32,000 nucleotides of DNA from Coprobacillaceae bacterium (GTDB lineage Bacteria; Bacillota_I; Bacilli_A; Erysipelotrichales; Coprobacillaceae). Positions within the stretch are counted from its first letter, which is position 1. Every line of letters starts with the position of its first letter. The notes under the pieces are model-generated. The model had not been told where the DNA came from. It saw only the letters and a list, made by a program, of their open reading frames with translations, and did not search any database. Both the position numbers and the translations under genes were made by a program. Shown in pieces: positions 1-8,079 of this stretch. Location of the stretch: positions 2,490,001-2,522,000 of the forward strand of contig OY776328.1 of assembly GCA_963675515.1 (NCBI GenBank), read 5' to 3'.

Positions 1-197
1 CGTTTCATTTGAGGAATCATGGCAGAGCAGGAATTGTATGTCCGACCTTTACCGGTACTGTTATACTCTTCGTTCCAAAGATTCAGGAAATAATTGTAGA
101 CAAATCGGGCACATCCGATCGTTTTACAGATCAATATCTCCTGTTCCCTATTAGGGTAGATCCTGAACTTGTATGCCTTATGGTGCAACATCATCAT
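1..197 (-). CDS. tnpB: TnpB-like (IS605 OrfB family) protein, N-terminal fragment; the gene runs off the left window edge
   Basis: Minus-strand translation gives MMMLHHKAYKFRIYPNREQEILICKTIGCARFVYNYFLNLWNEEYNSTGKGRTYNSCSAMIPQMK, the typical OrfB_IS605/TnpB N-terminus. The ATG run at 197-189 overlaps the tnpA stop (178-180). It is absent from the ORF track because there is no stop inside the window. Confidence 0.8.
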   Translation of the reverse strand, partial: MMMLHHKAYKFRIYPNREQEILICKTIGCARFVYNYFLNLWNEEYNSTGKGRTYNSCSAMIPQMK

Positions 198-606
198 CAC
201 CGGATTTCTTTTTCTGACTTTTTATATAATCTCTTATTTGCTGTTGAGTATTATCACTAACAGTGGCTACGAAATAGCTGGGATTCCACAAATGACCTTT
301 CCATAGACGATTTTTAAGCTCCGGATGTTGCTTGAACAGGAATCTTGCAGATAACCCTTTGAATGCTTTTACCATACTGGGAATATGGTGTTGGGGCTTG
401 CAATCGATAAGCAAGTGGATATGGTCCTTATCCGATTCCATTTCAACGATATTTATGTCATTATCAGCTGCAATCTTAGTCAACAATTTCTTAACATCAT
501 CATCAACTTGACCAGTCAAAATATCTTGACGGTATTTCACACACCAGACCAGATGGTATTGAATCGAATAGACATAACCCCGTCCGTAATTAATATCACC
601 CATCAT
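178..606 (-). CDS. tnpA: IS200/IS605-family Y1 (HUH) transposase TnpA
   Basis: 142 aa. Contains YHLVWCVKYR, the HUH motif HIHLL, and the catalytic Tyr context NPSYFVATV. A GAGGTG Shine-Dalgarno lies upstream of the ATG at 606. Confidence 0.95.
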   Translation of the reverse strand: MMGDINYGRGYVYSIQYHLVWCVKYRQDILTGQVDDDVKKLLTKIAADNDINIVEMESDKDHIHLLIDCKPQHHIPSMVKAFKGLSARFLFKQHPELKNRLWKGHLWNPSYFVATVSDNTQQQIRDYIKSQKKKSGDDDVAP

Positions 607-746
607 TTATCACCTCATATACATTCTAACATACGATTGTTGAAAATTATAGCTTTTAAGCACTTTTAGTGAGCAATATTCGATAATATATACACCTTAT
701 CCCGCACAACCGAAAAGATGCATGCCTGGTCGATTCATCTCATAGC

Positions 747-777
747 GATAGGTAAGATTTTGATGTCATCTCCATCT
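747..777 (-). ncRNA. Candidate group II intron domain VI with bulged branch-point A
   Basis: Minus strand reads GATGGAGAT-GACATCAAA-ATCT(TA)CC(T)ATC. This is a hairpin immediately 3' of domain V, with an unpaired A a few nt before the presumed 3' splice site. Confidence 0.5.
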
Positions 778-791
778 TTTCCCCCGCTCCA

Positions 792-823
792 CACCGTGCA
801 TGCGACTTTCACCGCACACGGCG
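792..823 (-). ncRNA. Group II intron domain V, 3'-proximal copy
   Basis: Minus strand reads CGCCGTGTGCG-GTGAAAGT-CGCATGCACGGTG: an about 11-bp helix with a 2-nt bulge and a GAAA-type loop, the canonical DV shape. The triad position reads CGC. Confidence 0.75.
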
Positions 824-841
824 TTCCATCTAATTCTTCTT

Positions 842-1270
842 TTAATTTATTTCAGTTAAATTACATCTCTTACGCAACATGTTCAGCTTTTTATGCTGTG
901 TTTTGTTTAGATTGAACTTTTTCAATAGCGTTTTATCAGTTTCCTGATTATTACCGTGTATTGGTTTATGTACTTCTTTGTGAATAATGATTAGATTATC
1001 GAAGTTATCGGTTCCACCATCTCCAATGGGAACAATATGATGACAGTGTATTTCCTCGGCCGTTAGAAACAACTGGGTGATTCCACAACGTCCTTTTTGC
1101 ATTGAATACTTTGATATTGTGTTATCCCGATACTCTACGCTTCCATTTTTTGATGATAGTTCCAGTGACTTCTTCATAACTGAGGTTACATTATTTTCTA
1201 ATCGTTTATAAACTAACTTACGTCCCTCTTGGGTATAGTTGCATATTTTCTGATTGAAGTTTGTCTTCAA
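842..1270 (-). pseudogene. Second, diverged copy of the intron ORF 3' part (HNH domain) in the 3'-proximal tandem unit
   Basis: Translation KTNFNQKICNYTQEGRKLVYKRLENNVTSVMKKSLELSSKNGSVEYRDNTISKYSMQKGRCGITQLFLTAEEIHCHHIVPIGDGGTDNFDNLIIIHKEVHKPIH is contiguous here, unlike in the upstream unit. Confidence 0.75.
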
Positions 1271-1284
1271 TTTCCCCCGCTCCA

Positions 1285-1316
1285 CACCGTGCATGCGACT
1301 TTCACCGCACACGGCG
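1285..1316 (-). ncRNA. Group II intron domain V, second copy in the upstream tandem unit
   Basis: Same sequence as 792-823, offset by exactly 493 bp. It is followed directly by the repeat junction rather than by a domain VI. Confidence 0.7.
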
Positions 1317-1334
1317 TTCCATCTAATTCTTCTT

Positions 1335-1850
1335 TTAATTTATTTCAGTTAAATTACATCTCTTACGCAACATGTTCAGCTTTTTAAGCTGTGTTTTGTT
1401 TAGATTGAACTTTTTCAATAGCGTTTTATCAGTTTCCTGATTATTACCGTGTATTAGTTTATCTACTTCTTTGTGTATAATGATTAGGTTATCAAAATTA
1501 TCGGTTCCACCATCTCCGACAAAAAGAATGTGATGACAGTGTATTTCTTCGGCCGTTAGAAACAACTGGGTGATTCCACAACGTCCTTTTTGCATTGAAT
1601 ACTTTGAGATTGTGTTATCCCGATACTCCACGTTTCCGTTTTAAATTGGCAGTTCCAACAACCTCTTCATAACTGAGGTTACATTATTTTCTAATCGTTT
1701 ACAAACTAATTTACGCCCCTCTCGGGTATAGTTGCATATTTTCTGATTGAAGTTCATCTTCAATTTCCACTGCGTATCCGCCAGTGGAAACTGTGAAATA
1801 GCTCCAATTGTGAATGTGCGATAGTTATTATTAAATAACTTCCTGTACAA
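1335..1850 (-). pseudogene. Group II intron ORF, 3' part (remnant of thumb/X region plus HNH endonuclease domain), frameshifted
   Basis: 1851-2011 still reads GVLSPLLSNVVLNDLDWW in a different frame. I could not find a YADD motif. 1335-1631 encodes an HNH-type CGITQ...HCHHI..GDGGTDNFDNLIIIHKEVDKLIH. There is a frameshift between 1641-1850 and 1335-1631. Confidence 0.75.
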
Positions 1851-2011
1851 CGGCGGGGGACTCCTGGGTACTTAATATTTAGCTATTGGTTTCAATCGGC
1901 ATTGTATGTTTCCCATTGGTTGCTTATCCACCAGTCCAGATCGTTCAACACTACGTTTGAAAGTAATGGCGAAAGCACTCCTGCCCTGTGGTGTCCCACA
2001 CTGTGGGACAC

Positions 2012-2427
2012 CTACTCCTTGTTGTCCTTGATGCCGATATTCCAGAGTTGTTTGATTAACTTGGTATGATTGACATTGTCAAAGAATGATTCGATATCCA
2101 AATCAACAACATAGTGATTGTGCGTCATATTGGCGATAAAGCAACATCTTGACAAAGCATTATGGGTTGAGCGATTGGCTCTAAAACCATATGAATGCTT
2201 ATGAAACTTCGCTTCGCAGATTGGTTCAAGTATCTGTTTGAACATCTGTTGAATCAGTCTGTCATGCATCGTTGGTATTCCCAATGGTCGTAATTTTCCA
2301 TTAGGTTTAGGTATTTCTACTCTTCTTACCGTTTTTGGTTTATAGTCCAATAGCGATAGTCTAATATCCTGAATAAATTTCTCAACGTTTTCTATCTTGT
2401 AATCATCAATAGTGATACCGTCAGTAC
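2012..2427 (-). pseudogene. Group II intron RT, domains 1-4 piece
   Basis: Translation TDGITIDDYKIENVEKFIQDIRLSLLDYKPKTVRRVEIPKPNGKLRPLGIPTMHDRLIQQMFKQILEPICEAKFHKHSYGFRANRS...DLDIESFFDNVNH is classic RT motifs 1-3. It ends in a stop at the palindrome scar (1991-2011). Confidence 0.85.
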
Positions 2428-2503
2428 TGGATAGGTTACAATAAATTAGACAAGATTATAAGGACATGATAAAATCTTGTTAAATTTGTGGAGGATATTC
2501 AAA

Positions 2504-2797
2504 ATGACAAAACGCAGACCTAAACGTACTTACACCGATGAATTCAGAATCAAAATGGTTCAACTTTACAACAATGGGAAACCCAGAGCGGAAATAATCC
2601 GTGAATACGATTTGACAGCTTCAGCGTTCAATAAATGGGTTAAACGCTTCAATGACACGGGTTCGTTTACTGAAGCCGACAATCGATCAGATCATGACAA
2701 GGCGCTTATCAAGCTCCAAAAAGAAAACGAACGACTGAAGATGGAAAATGATATTTTAAAGCAAGCGGCGCTGATAATGGGACGAAAAGACAAGTAA
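2504..2797 (+). CDS. IS3-family transposase OrfA (HTH)
   Basis: MTKRRPKRTYTDEFRIKMVQLYNNGKPRAEIIREYDLTASAFNKWVKRF... followed by a leucine-zipper-like KLQKENERLKMENDILK. GGAGG lies 8 nt upstream of the ATG at 2504. Confidence 0.9.
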   Translation: MTKRRPKRTYTDEFRIKMVQLYNNGKPRAEIIREYDLTASAFNKWVKRFNDTGSFTEADNRSDHDKALIKLQKENERLKMENDILKQAALIMGRKDK

Positions 2798-3612
2798 TCT
2801 TTGCCAATAAACACAAATACTCTATCAGCGCTATGTGCAAAGTCTTGAAAATCTCTCGGGCAACTCTCTACTACAAACCCAAAGGGCGTAAAGTGGATTC
2901 GAAGCTTGAAGATGAAGTAATAAAATCATTCAAAAACAGCAAGAAGAATTATGGAACACGCAAGATAAAAGATGACTTGGATGATTTAAACATGGTTGCC
3001 AGCAGAAGAAAAATTGCTCAAATCATGGACAAATACGGCTTGATTAGTAAATACACCATCAAGCAACGACCAAAGCATTATGGCAAAGTAAATAATGACG
3101 ATATTGAAAATATGATCAATAGAAAATTCCAAGCAGAGCGGCCAATGCAATATTTAACCAGCGACTTGACCTACATCAAGGTGGCTGGAAAATGGAACTA
3201 TATTTGTCTGATAATTGATTTGTACAATCGTGAAATCGTTGGTAAATCTAGTGGTCAAAACAAAGACGCCAACTTGGTTATTAAGGCATTAAACGATATA
3301 AAAAGTGATCTCAGTGATGTCGAGATATTTCATTCAGACCGAGGATCGGAGTTCAAAAACGAGATGATTGATGGGATATTGGCATTGCATGGAATCAAGA
3401 GATCGTTGAGTGCCAAAGGAAAACCGATTGATAACGCGGTATCAGAATCAATGTATAAAATACTCAAAACAGAATTCGCATTCAATCGACAATTCCGCAG
3501 TATCGACGAATTGTCATTGGAACTGTATGATTATGTCAACTGGTTCAACAACAAAAGGAAGCATGGGAGCCTTAATTACAAAACACCCGTACAATACAGG
3601 CTGTCCTTATAA
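2752..3612 (+). CDS. IS3-family transposase OrfB (DDE/rve domain), expected to be made as an OrfAB fusion by -1 frameshifting
   Basis: The frame is open from 2752, in the -1 frame relative to orfA. DDE context: LTSDLTYI, FHSDRGSEF, NAVSESMYKILKTE. Confidence 0.9.
   Translation, partial: YFKASGADNGTKRQVIFANKHKYSISAMCKVLKISRATLYYKPKGRKVDSKLEDEVIKSFKNSKKNYGTRKIKDDLDDLNMVASRRKIAQIMDKYGLISKYTIKQRPKHYGKVNNDDIENMINRKFQAERPMQYLTSDLTYIKVAGKWNYICLIIDLYNREIVGKSSGQNKDANLVIKALNDIKSDLSDVEIFHSDRGSEFKNEMIDGILALHGIKRSLSAKGKPIDNAVSESMYKILKTEFAFNRQFRSIDELSLELYDYVNWFNNKRKHGSLNYKTPVQYRLSL
2755..2761 (+). promoter_or_regulatory. Candidate programmed -1 ribosomal frameshift heptamer T TTA AAG
   Basis: X XXY YYZ pattern in the orfA frame (att tta aag), located exactly where the orfB frame opens, 34 nt before the orfA stop. 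The mirror site in copy 2 is at 7746-7752. Confidence 0.6.
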
Positions 3613-3641
3613 AAATTGTCTAAAAAAGTGTTGACTATCCA

Positions 3642-3826
3642 GTACCTTTTGTGTGACTTCCGGTGTTGCTTTTGATGTTTCGATAGGCGAGGAGTATATT
3701 GTTCCTGGATATGACCAGATTATAAAGATCTATCCCGTAAGTATCATTGTTTAAACTCATTTGATACAACCAGTCAAAAGTTTCCTGCAAACTGTAATAT
3801 TCGTTGTTTCGTAATTCCGTGCTCAC
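3642..3826 (-). pseudogene. Group II intron RT/maturase, N-terminal piece (cut off by the IS3 insertion)
   Basis: Translation ...NILLAYRNIKSNTGSHTKGT is RT domain 0/1 of intron-encoded proteins. The frame continues at 2427 once IS3 and one GTAC copy are removed (...HTKGTDGITIDDYKIENVEKF...). Confidence 0.85.
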
Positions 3827-4522
3827 CGATGGATTATTCCTTTCATTTAGAACAATTGTTTCCCATCATCTTACCAGACCCTGTGAGCTTCATTTAACTG
3901 TAACTAATTTTTAAAGAACCAGACTTGGGGCTATCCCTCCACCATTTTTCGTGGCTTCATCGGTACTGTGCCCCTACTTTCACGAGAATAAAAACATTTC
4001 GTTTACACTTATAGTTACCGTCCCGATAACAGTCGTTTGATAGACGTTTCTCGCTTACAACGTTCCAAATATTCTAGCTTTACATTTATCCTTAGGTTCC
4101 TGCTATGAGCCTGATGAATTATACCCTCATCGTTGAGTATCTCGAATTTCATAGCAATGACTCTTACTTTTCGATATTCATCGTTGCGCACGCAACATAC
4201 TATCTTTCAATAGCACGATATTCTAGACCCGTACATTCGCAGTTTCGTCAGTCCTTACACGGACATTCTCACCATAGATAATTTATAGCGTCCCGGCCTA
4301 TCCTTTACCATATGATATATCACTTAGGTATTGTTCAGCCGACTTCACCTAGCTTCACACATGATTTTACTGTTATAACCTCATGCGTGTAGGAGTATCA
4401 GACTACTTGTTTCAGGCTAACATGACAGCCATCATTCCAAGTATTGAATATTCAGTTGTGATTTTCCAATTGGAAAATCCTCCCATTTCATGCCTAGGCA
4501 CTTATAGGGAAACGTTTCGCAC
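3827..4522 (-). ncRNA. Group II intron 5' ribozyme segment (domains I-III region)
   Basis: Has the consensus 5' GUGCG, has no long ORF, and sits directly upstream of the intron-encoded RT start (GTG at 3826). Confidence 0.65.
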
Positions 4523-4576
4523 CATGGCTAAAGTCACGAGTGTTCTCGACCAGTTAATAAAGTAAACATCACTTTT

Positions 4577-5197
4577 TCATTCGTAAATAAGATAAATATA
4601 AATTTCTGAACCATTTTCTTCGTTTATACCTTTGGCCAGCACTCTATCATTCCATTCGCCAAATGTGTTATAATTGTGGTATTTATTTACAGATAGGTCT
4701 AGACTAAACTCATAATCGCAAAAGTTAATTTCCTTTGAAAGACCATCTCTAGTTGCAACGGCGGATATTGATTTGTAATTATCACTTGACGAATAAATCG
4801 CAATGTCATTAGTCTCAGGTTCGATTAATAAAGTAATAGTGCCTCGATCACTTGTCTGTCGCCCCATTATTTTATTAAACATATTGAATACCTCGAAATT
4901 GTTAATGTGTAATGCATTGTTAATAATATAACTTCCGTAATAACTTCCCCACATATCATTGATCACAATTTCTTGATCATTCACAAACGAAACCATGTAT
5001 TTAATGCGACCAACATTATGCGTTTCATAATGGTAACTAACATATAAGGGATTCTCAGAATCTACCGAAATTTCTTCCAAAACAATTGTCTTGTGTTCAT
5101 CAAAATTCACAACATTAATAATATTAATAATAATCAATAACAAAGTAACAAGTGCCAGTACACACAAAAAAGAACTTTTAGCAACCCTTTCAATCAC
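4577..5197 (-). CDS. Hypothetical membrane-anchored protein (one N-terminal TM helix), no family recognised
   Basis: 206 aa, GTG start with GGAGGTG 10 nt upstream. The hydrophobic stretch FLCVLALVTLLLIIINIINVV is followed by an Asn/Tyr-rich soluble domain. Confidence 0.6.
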   Translation of the reverse strand: MIERVAKSSFLCVLALVTLLLIIINIINVVNFDEHKTIVLEEISVDSENPLYVSYHYETHNVGRIKYMVSFVNDQEIVINDMWGSYYGSYIINNALHINNFEVFNMFNKIMGRQTSDRGTITLLIEPETNDIAIYSSSDNYKSISAVATRDGLSKEINFCDYEFSLDLSVNKYHNYNTFGEWNDRVLAKGINEENGSEIYIYLIYE

Positions 5198-5263
5198 AAA
5201 GAATATTCACCTCCCCTTTATATTGTTACTAACGTTGAGAAAAATTTATGAAACAAAAATATA

Positions 5264-6040
5264 CTATAGCCACGGTGAAATGCTATCTGTTGCAGGGTTA
5301 CTAACGATTCTCCACGGTTTCATATTACTTTTCTCCAAGTCTGTGCCAACATATCCGTTATTTACTATGTTGTTACATTGCGCACTAGTTCTTGCTTCTG
5401 CAAAATAGTTTAGATCACCCGCTTCTTTATTATTGTTGTAAATATAAGTGTGATTCCATGTAAAACTATTTATCAAATTTCCATATTCATAGACTTTGGT
5501 GGAATATTCTGCATAAGTAGTATAACCTTTGAATCGCAAACAAGAAAATGATTGACCGCTAGCAACTGCTTGTTGTTCATCAGGTAGCAGCGTATATGTT
5601 TTTGTTGAATTCGAAGTTTCCATATCCACTGGGAATGATACGCCAAAACCAAATAATGAAAGAGATAAAGTATATTGAGCCCCCCCTATTGATATTGAAG
5701 TCCAAGTACCTCGGAAATCATCTTTAGAATATCCTATCCAATCATAATCTCTCTTACGCATTTTTGTACAAGTTGTGATAGAGTATGTAGTAGATATTGG
5801 CGCAACTGCGCTAGAATAAAACGTATTTTCACCTAATATGCTGTTTTTATTTGCCGACTCATCATTATAAGAAATGATCGAATTGTAACCTTCTGAAAAG
5901 ATTTCAGCCATCTCATCTTCACTCAAATTACCTTGTGCAATGTATGCTTCACCTCCAGCTGTTTCCTCTGCGAATGATTCAATTGAATTGCCTCCAATTA
6001 AAATCGCAAATACCATCATCATCGTTAATATTTTTTTCAT
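5264..6040 (-). CDS. Hypothetical secreted protein (Sec-type signal peptide), no family recognised
   Basis: 258 aa. MKKILTMMMVFAILIGGNSIESFAEE looks like a signal peptide. The mature part is Ser/Thr/Tyr/Asn-rich, beta-like. Confidence 0.6.
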   Translation of the reverse strand: MKKILTMMMVFAILIGGNSIESFAEETAGGEAYIAQGNLSEDEMAEIFSEGYNSIISYNDESANKNSILGENTFYSSAVAPISTTYSITTCTKMRKRDYDWIGYSKDDFRGTWTSISIGGAQYTLSLSLFGFGVSFPVDMETSNSTKTYTLLPDEQQAVASGQSFSCLRFKGYTTYAEYSTKVYEYGNLINSFTWNHTYIYNNNKEAGDLNYFAEARTSAQCNNIVNNGYVGTDLEKSNMKPWRIVSNPATDSISPWL

Positions 6041-6234
6041 AGTTCTAATTCAATTTTCTTTTCAATTTTTTGTACCCCTGGCTTATGTATTACAGTCAAA
6101 TAATAACTTAATTGACCACCAAATACATCCTGAAATCTAATGATGATTTACACGCCGTTTTTCCGCCTTCTAAATTCTTGGTTTTTAGTGATTAGATTTC
6201 ATCACTTTGGTATGATATTACCGAGGTGATATCA

Positions 6235-6865
6235 ATGGCAATAAAACTAAAACCGAAGAAAGATTCTTTAATAACTCTTACTAGAAAATATGCTAATGAC
6301 AATGATGAATGTGTGAAGTTCTTCTTCACTATCAAGTGGCCTGAAGGGTTCTACTGTGAAAAGTGCGGTTGTACGCATTACTACTTCATTGAAAGTAGAA
6401 AAGCTTATCAATGCAAGGAATGCAAACATCAGCACTATCTGCTAGCAGGTACCATATTCCAGGACACCAAGCTCGAACTTTACAAACTGATCTTAGGCAT
6501 GTATATTTTCTTTACCTCCAATAAAGGTGTTTCAGCAATAGAACTCGCAAGTGAACTCGACGTCAATTACAAAACAGCCTTACTTCTTGCCAGAAAATGT
6601 CGAATTTTGATGGCTCAAAGCTGTAGTGAAAAGATGCTCGATAGCTTGTTTTATGAAGCTGACGTCGCATATATTGGATCCAAGAGCAAAGAGAAGAATC
6701 GTCAAGGTTGTGCTACAGAGCAACAGCCTTTTTTGGTCGTACTTTCGACGGATGCAGAAAATCATTACCCAAAATACATCAAACTTCACCCTATTCCAAC
6801 CGACAATCAAATCCAGGTAAAAAATGTCATCTCGAAGAGCATCAAACTATCAAAGGATCGAAAAC
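6235..6865 (+). pseudogene. IS1595-family (ISXO2-like) transposase, N-terminal part with zinc ribbon
   Basis: FFFTIKWPEGFYCEKCGCTHYYFIESRKAYQCKECKHQHYLLAGTIFQDTKL is the characteristic transposase zinc-ribbon region. GAGGTG lies upstream of the ATG at 6235. The frame is cut at 6865 by IS3. Confidence 0.85.
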
Positions 6866-6894
6866 TGGATAGTCAACACTTTTTTAGACAATTT

Positions 6895-7755
6895 TTATAA
6901 GGACAGCCTGTATTGTACGGGTGTTTTGTAATTAAGGCTCCCATGCTTCCTTTTGTTGTTGAACCAGTTGACATAATCATACAGTTCCAATGACAATTCG
7001 TCGATACTGCGGAATTGTCGATTGAATGCGAATTCTGTTTTGAGTATTTTATACATTGATTCTGATACCGCGTTATCAATCGGTTTTCCTTTGGCACTCA
7101 ACGATCTCTTGATTCCATGCAATGCCAATATCCCATCAATCATCTCGTTTTTGAACTCCGATCCTCGGTCTGAATGAAATATCTCGACATCACTGAGATC
7201 ACTTTTTATATCGTTTAATGCCTTAATAACCAAGTTGGCGTCTTTGTTTTGACCACTAGATTTACCAACGATTTCACGATTGTACAAATCAATTATCAGA
7301 CAAATATAGTTCCATTTTCCAGCCACCTTGATGTAGGTCAAGTCGCTGGTTAAATATTGCATTGGCCGCTCTGCTTGGAATTTTCTATTGATCATATTTT
7401 CAATATCGTCATTATTTACTTTGCCATAATGCTTTGGTCGTTGCTTGATGGTGTATTTACTAATCAAGCCGTATTTGTCCATGATTTGAGCAATTTTTCT
7501 TCTGCTGGCAACCATGTTTAAATCATCCAAGTCATCTTTTATCTTGCGTGTTCCATAATTCTTCTTGCTGTTTTTGAATGATTTTATTACTTCATCTTCA
7601 AGCTTCGAATCCACTTTACGCCCTTTGGGTTTGTAGTAGAGAGTTGCCCGAGAGATTTTCAAGACTTTGCACATAGCGCTGATAGAGTATTTGTGTTTAT
7701 TGGCAAAGATTACTTGTCTTTTCGTCCCATTATCAGCGCCGCTTGCTTTAAAATA
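6895..7755 (-). CDS. IS3-family transposase OrfB (copy 2)
   Basis: Protein identical to 2752-3612. Confidence 0.9.
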   Translation of the reverse strand, partial: YFKASGADNGTKRQVIFANKHKYSISAMCKVLKISRATLYYKPKGRKVDSKLEDEVIKSFKNSKKNYGTRKIKDDLDDLNMVASRRKIAQIMDKYGLISKYTIKQRPKHYGKVNNDDIENMINRKFQAERPMQYLTSDLTYIKVAGKWNYICLIIDLYNREIVGKSSGQNKDANLVIKALNDIKSDLSDVEIFHSDRGSEFKNEMIDGILALHGIKRSLSAKGKPIDNAVSESMYKILKTEFAFNRQFRSIDELSLELYDYVNWFNNKRKHGSLNYKTPVQYRLSL

Positions 7756-8003
7756 TCATTTTCCATCTTCAGTCGTTCGTTTTCTTTTTGGAGCTTGATA
7801 AGCGCCTTGTCATGATCTGATCGATTGTCGGCTTCAGTAAACGAACCCGTGTCATTGAAGCGTTTAACCCATTTATTGAACGCTGAAGCTGTCAAATCGT
7901 ATTCACGGATTATTTCCGCTCTGGGTTTCCCATTGTTGTAAAGTTGAACCATTTTGATTCTGAATTCATCGGTGTAAGTACGTTTAGGTCTGCGTTTTGT
8001 CAT
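7710..8003 (-). CDS. IS3-family transposase OrfA (copy 2)
   Basis: Protein identical to 2504-2797. Confidence 0.9.
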   Translation of the reverse strand: MTKRRPKRTYTDEFRIKMVQLYNNGKPRAEIIREYDLTASAFNKWVKRFNDTGSFTEADNRSDHDKALIKLQKENERLKMENDILKQAALIMGRKDK

Positions 8004-8079
8004 TTTGAATATCCTCCACATATTTAACAAGATTTTATCATGTCCTTATAATCTTGTCTAATTTATTGTAACCTATCCA

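Larger units (their letters stand above)
1..700 (-). mobile_element. IS200/IS605-family insertion sequence (tnpA then tnpB, same strand), partial; the tnpA-proximal end near 610-700 is approximate
   Basis: Overlapping tnpA/tnpB pair. TATAAT and TAGAAT hexamers and small hairpins lie upstream of tnpA. This family has no terminal inverted repeats, so I cannot place the end exactly. Confidence 0.7.
778..1763. repeat. Two-unit direct tandem repeat, period 493 bp (778-1270 and 1271-1763), roughly 90-93 percent identical by eye
   Basis: CCCCCGCTCCACACCGTGCATGCG starts at both 781 and 1274. Homology runs to CTTCAATTTCC at 1261-1273 and about 1755-1767. The junction is at about 1270/1271 with TTCC microhomology. 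Confidence 0.9.
2428..3641 (+). mobile_element. IS3-family insertion sequence, copy 1 (1214 bp)
   Basis: Termini are TGGATAGGTTAC... and ...GTTGACTATCCA (TG/CA ends, imperfect IRs). Flanked by a direct GTAC (2424-2427 and 3642-3645). Contains an orfA/orfB pair. Removing it restores the intron RT frame. Confidence 0.95.
745..4522 (-). mobile_element. Group II intron, degenerate (ORF disrupted, 3' part tandemly repeated, IS3 inserted)
   Basis: The minus strand starts GTGCGAAACG at 4522. About 700 nt of non-coding RNA precedes an RT/maturase-type ORF. Domain V-like hairpins and a domain VI-like hairpin with a bulged A follow the ORF. The 3' end is approximate (+/- 5 nt). Confidence 0.8.
6866..8079 (-). 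mobile_element. IS3-family insertion sequence, copy 2 (1214 bp, inverted relative to copy 1)
   Basis: Same termini as copy 1. Flanked by direct AAC (6863-6865 and 8080-8082). Encoded proteins are identical to copy 1. I saw one nucleotide difference (2486 T vs the equivalent 8021). Confidence 0.95.

Noticed and set aside
3410-3634. 74-aa alternative-frame ORF at the end of IS3 orfB (also 6873-7097 in copy 2).
   Set aside because: It is embedded out of frame in the DDE domain coding region, and nothing supports it.
745-4522. Assigning the intron to class C (IIC) on the basis of the CGC triad in domain V and its location just after a gene.
   Set aside because: The 5' ribozyme segment is about 700 nt, and the ORF carries an HNH domain, both atypical for IIC. 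The hairpin upstream of the insertion site is weak. The class is left unassigned.
2428-8079. The two IS3 copies plus the intervening DNA as a composite transposon.
   Set aside because: Each copy has its own independent TSD (GTAC; AAC), and each interrupts a different pre-existing element collinearly. They inserted separately.
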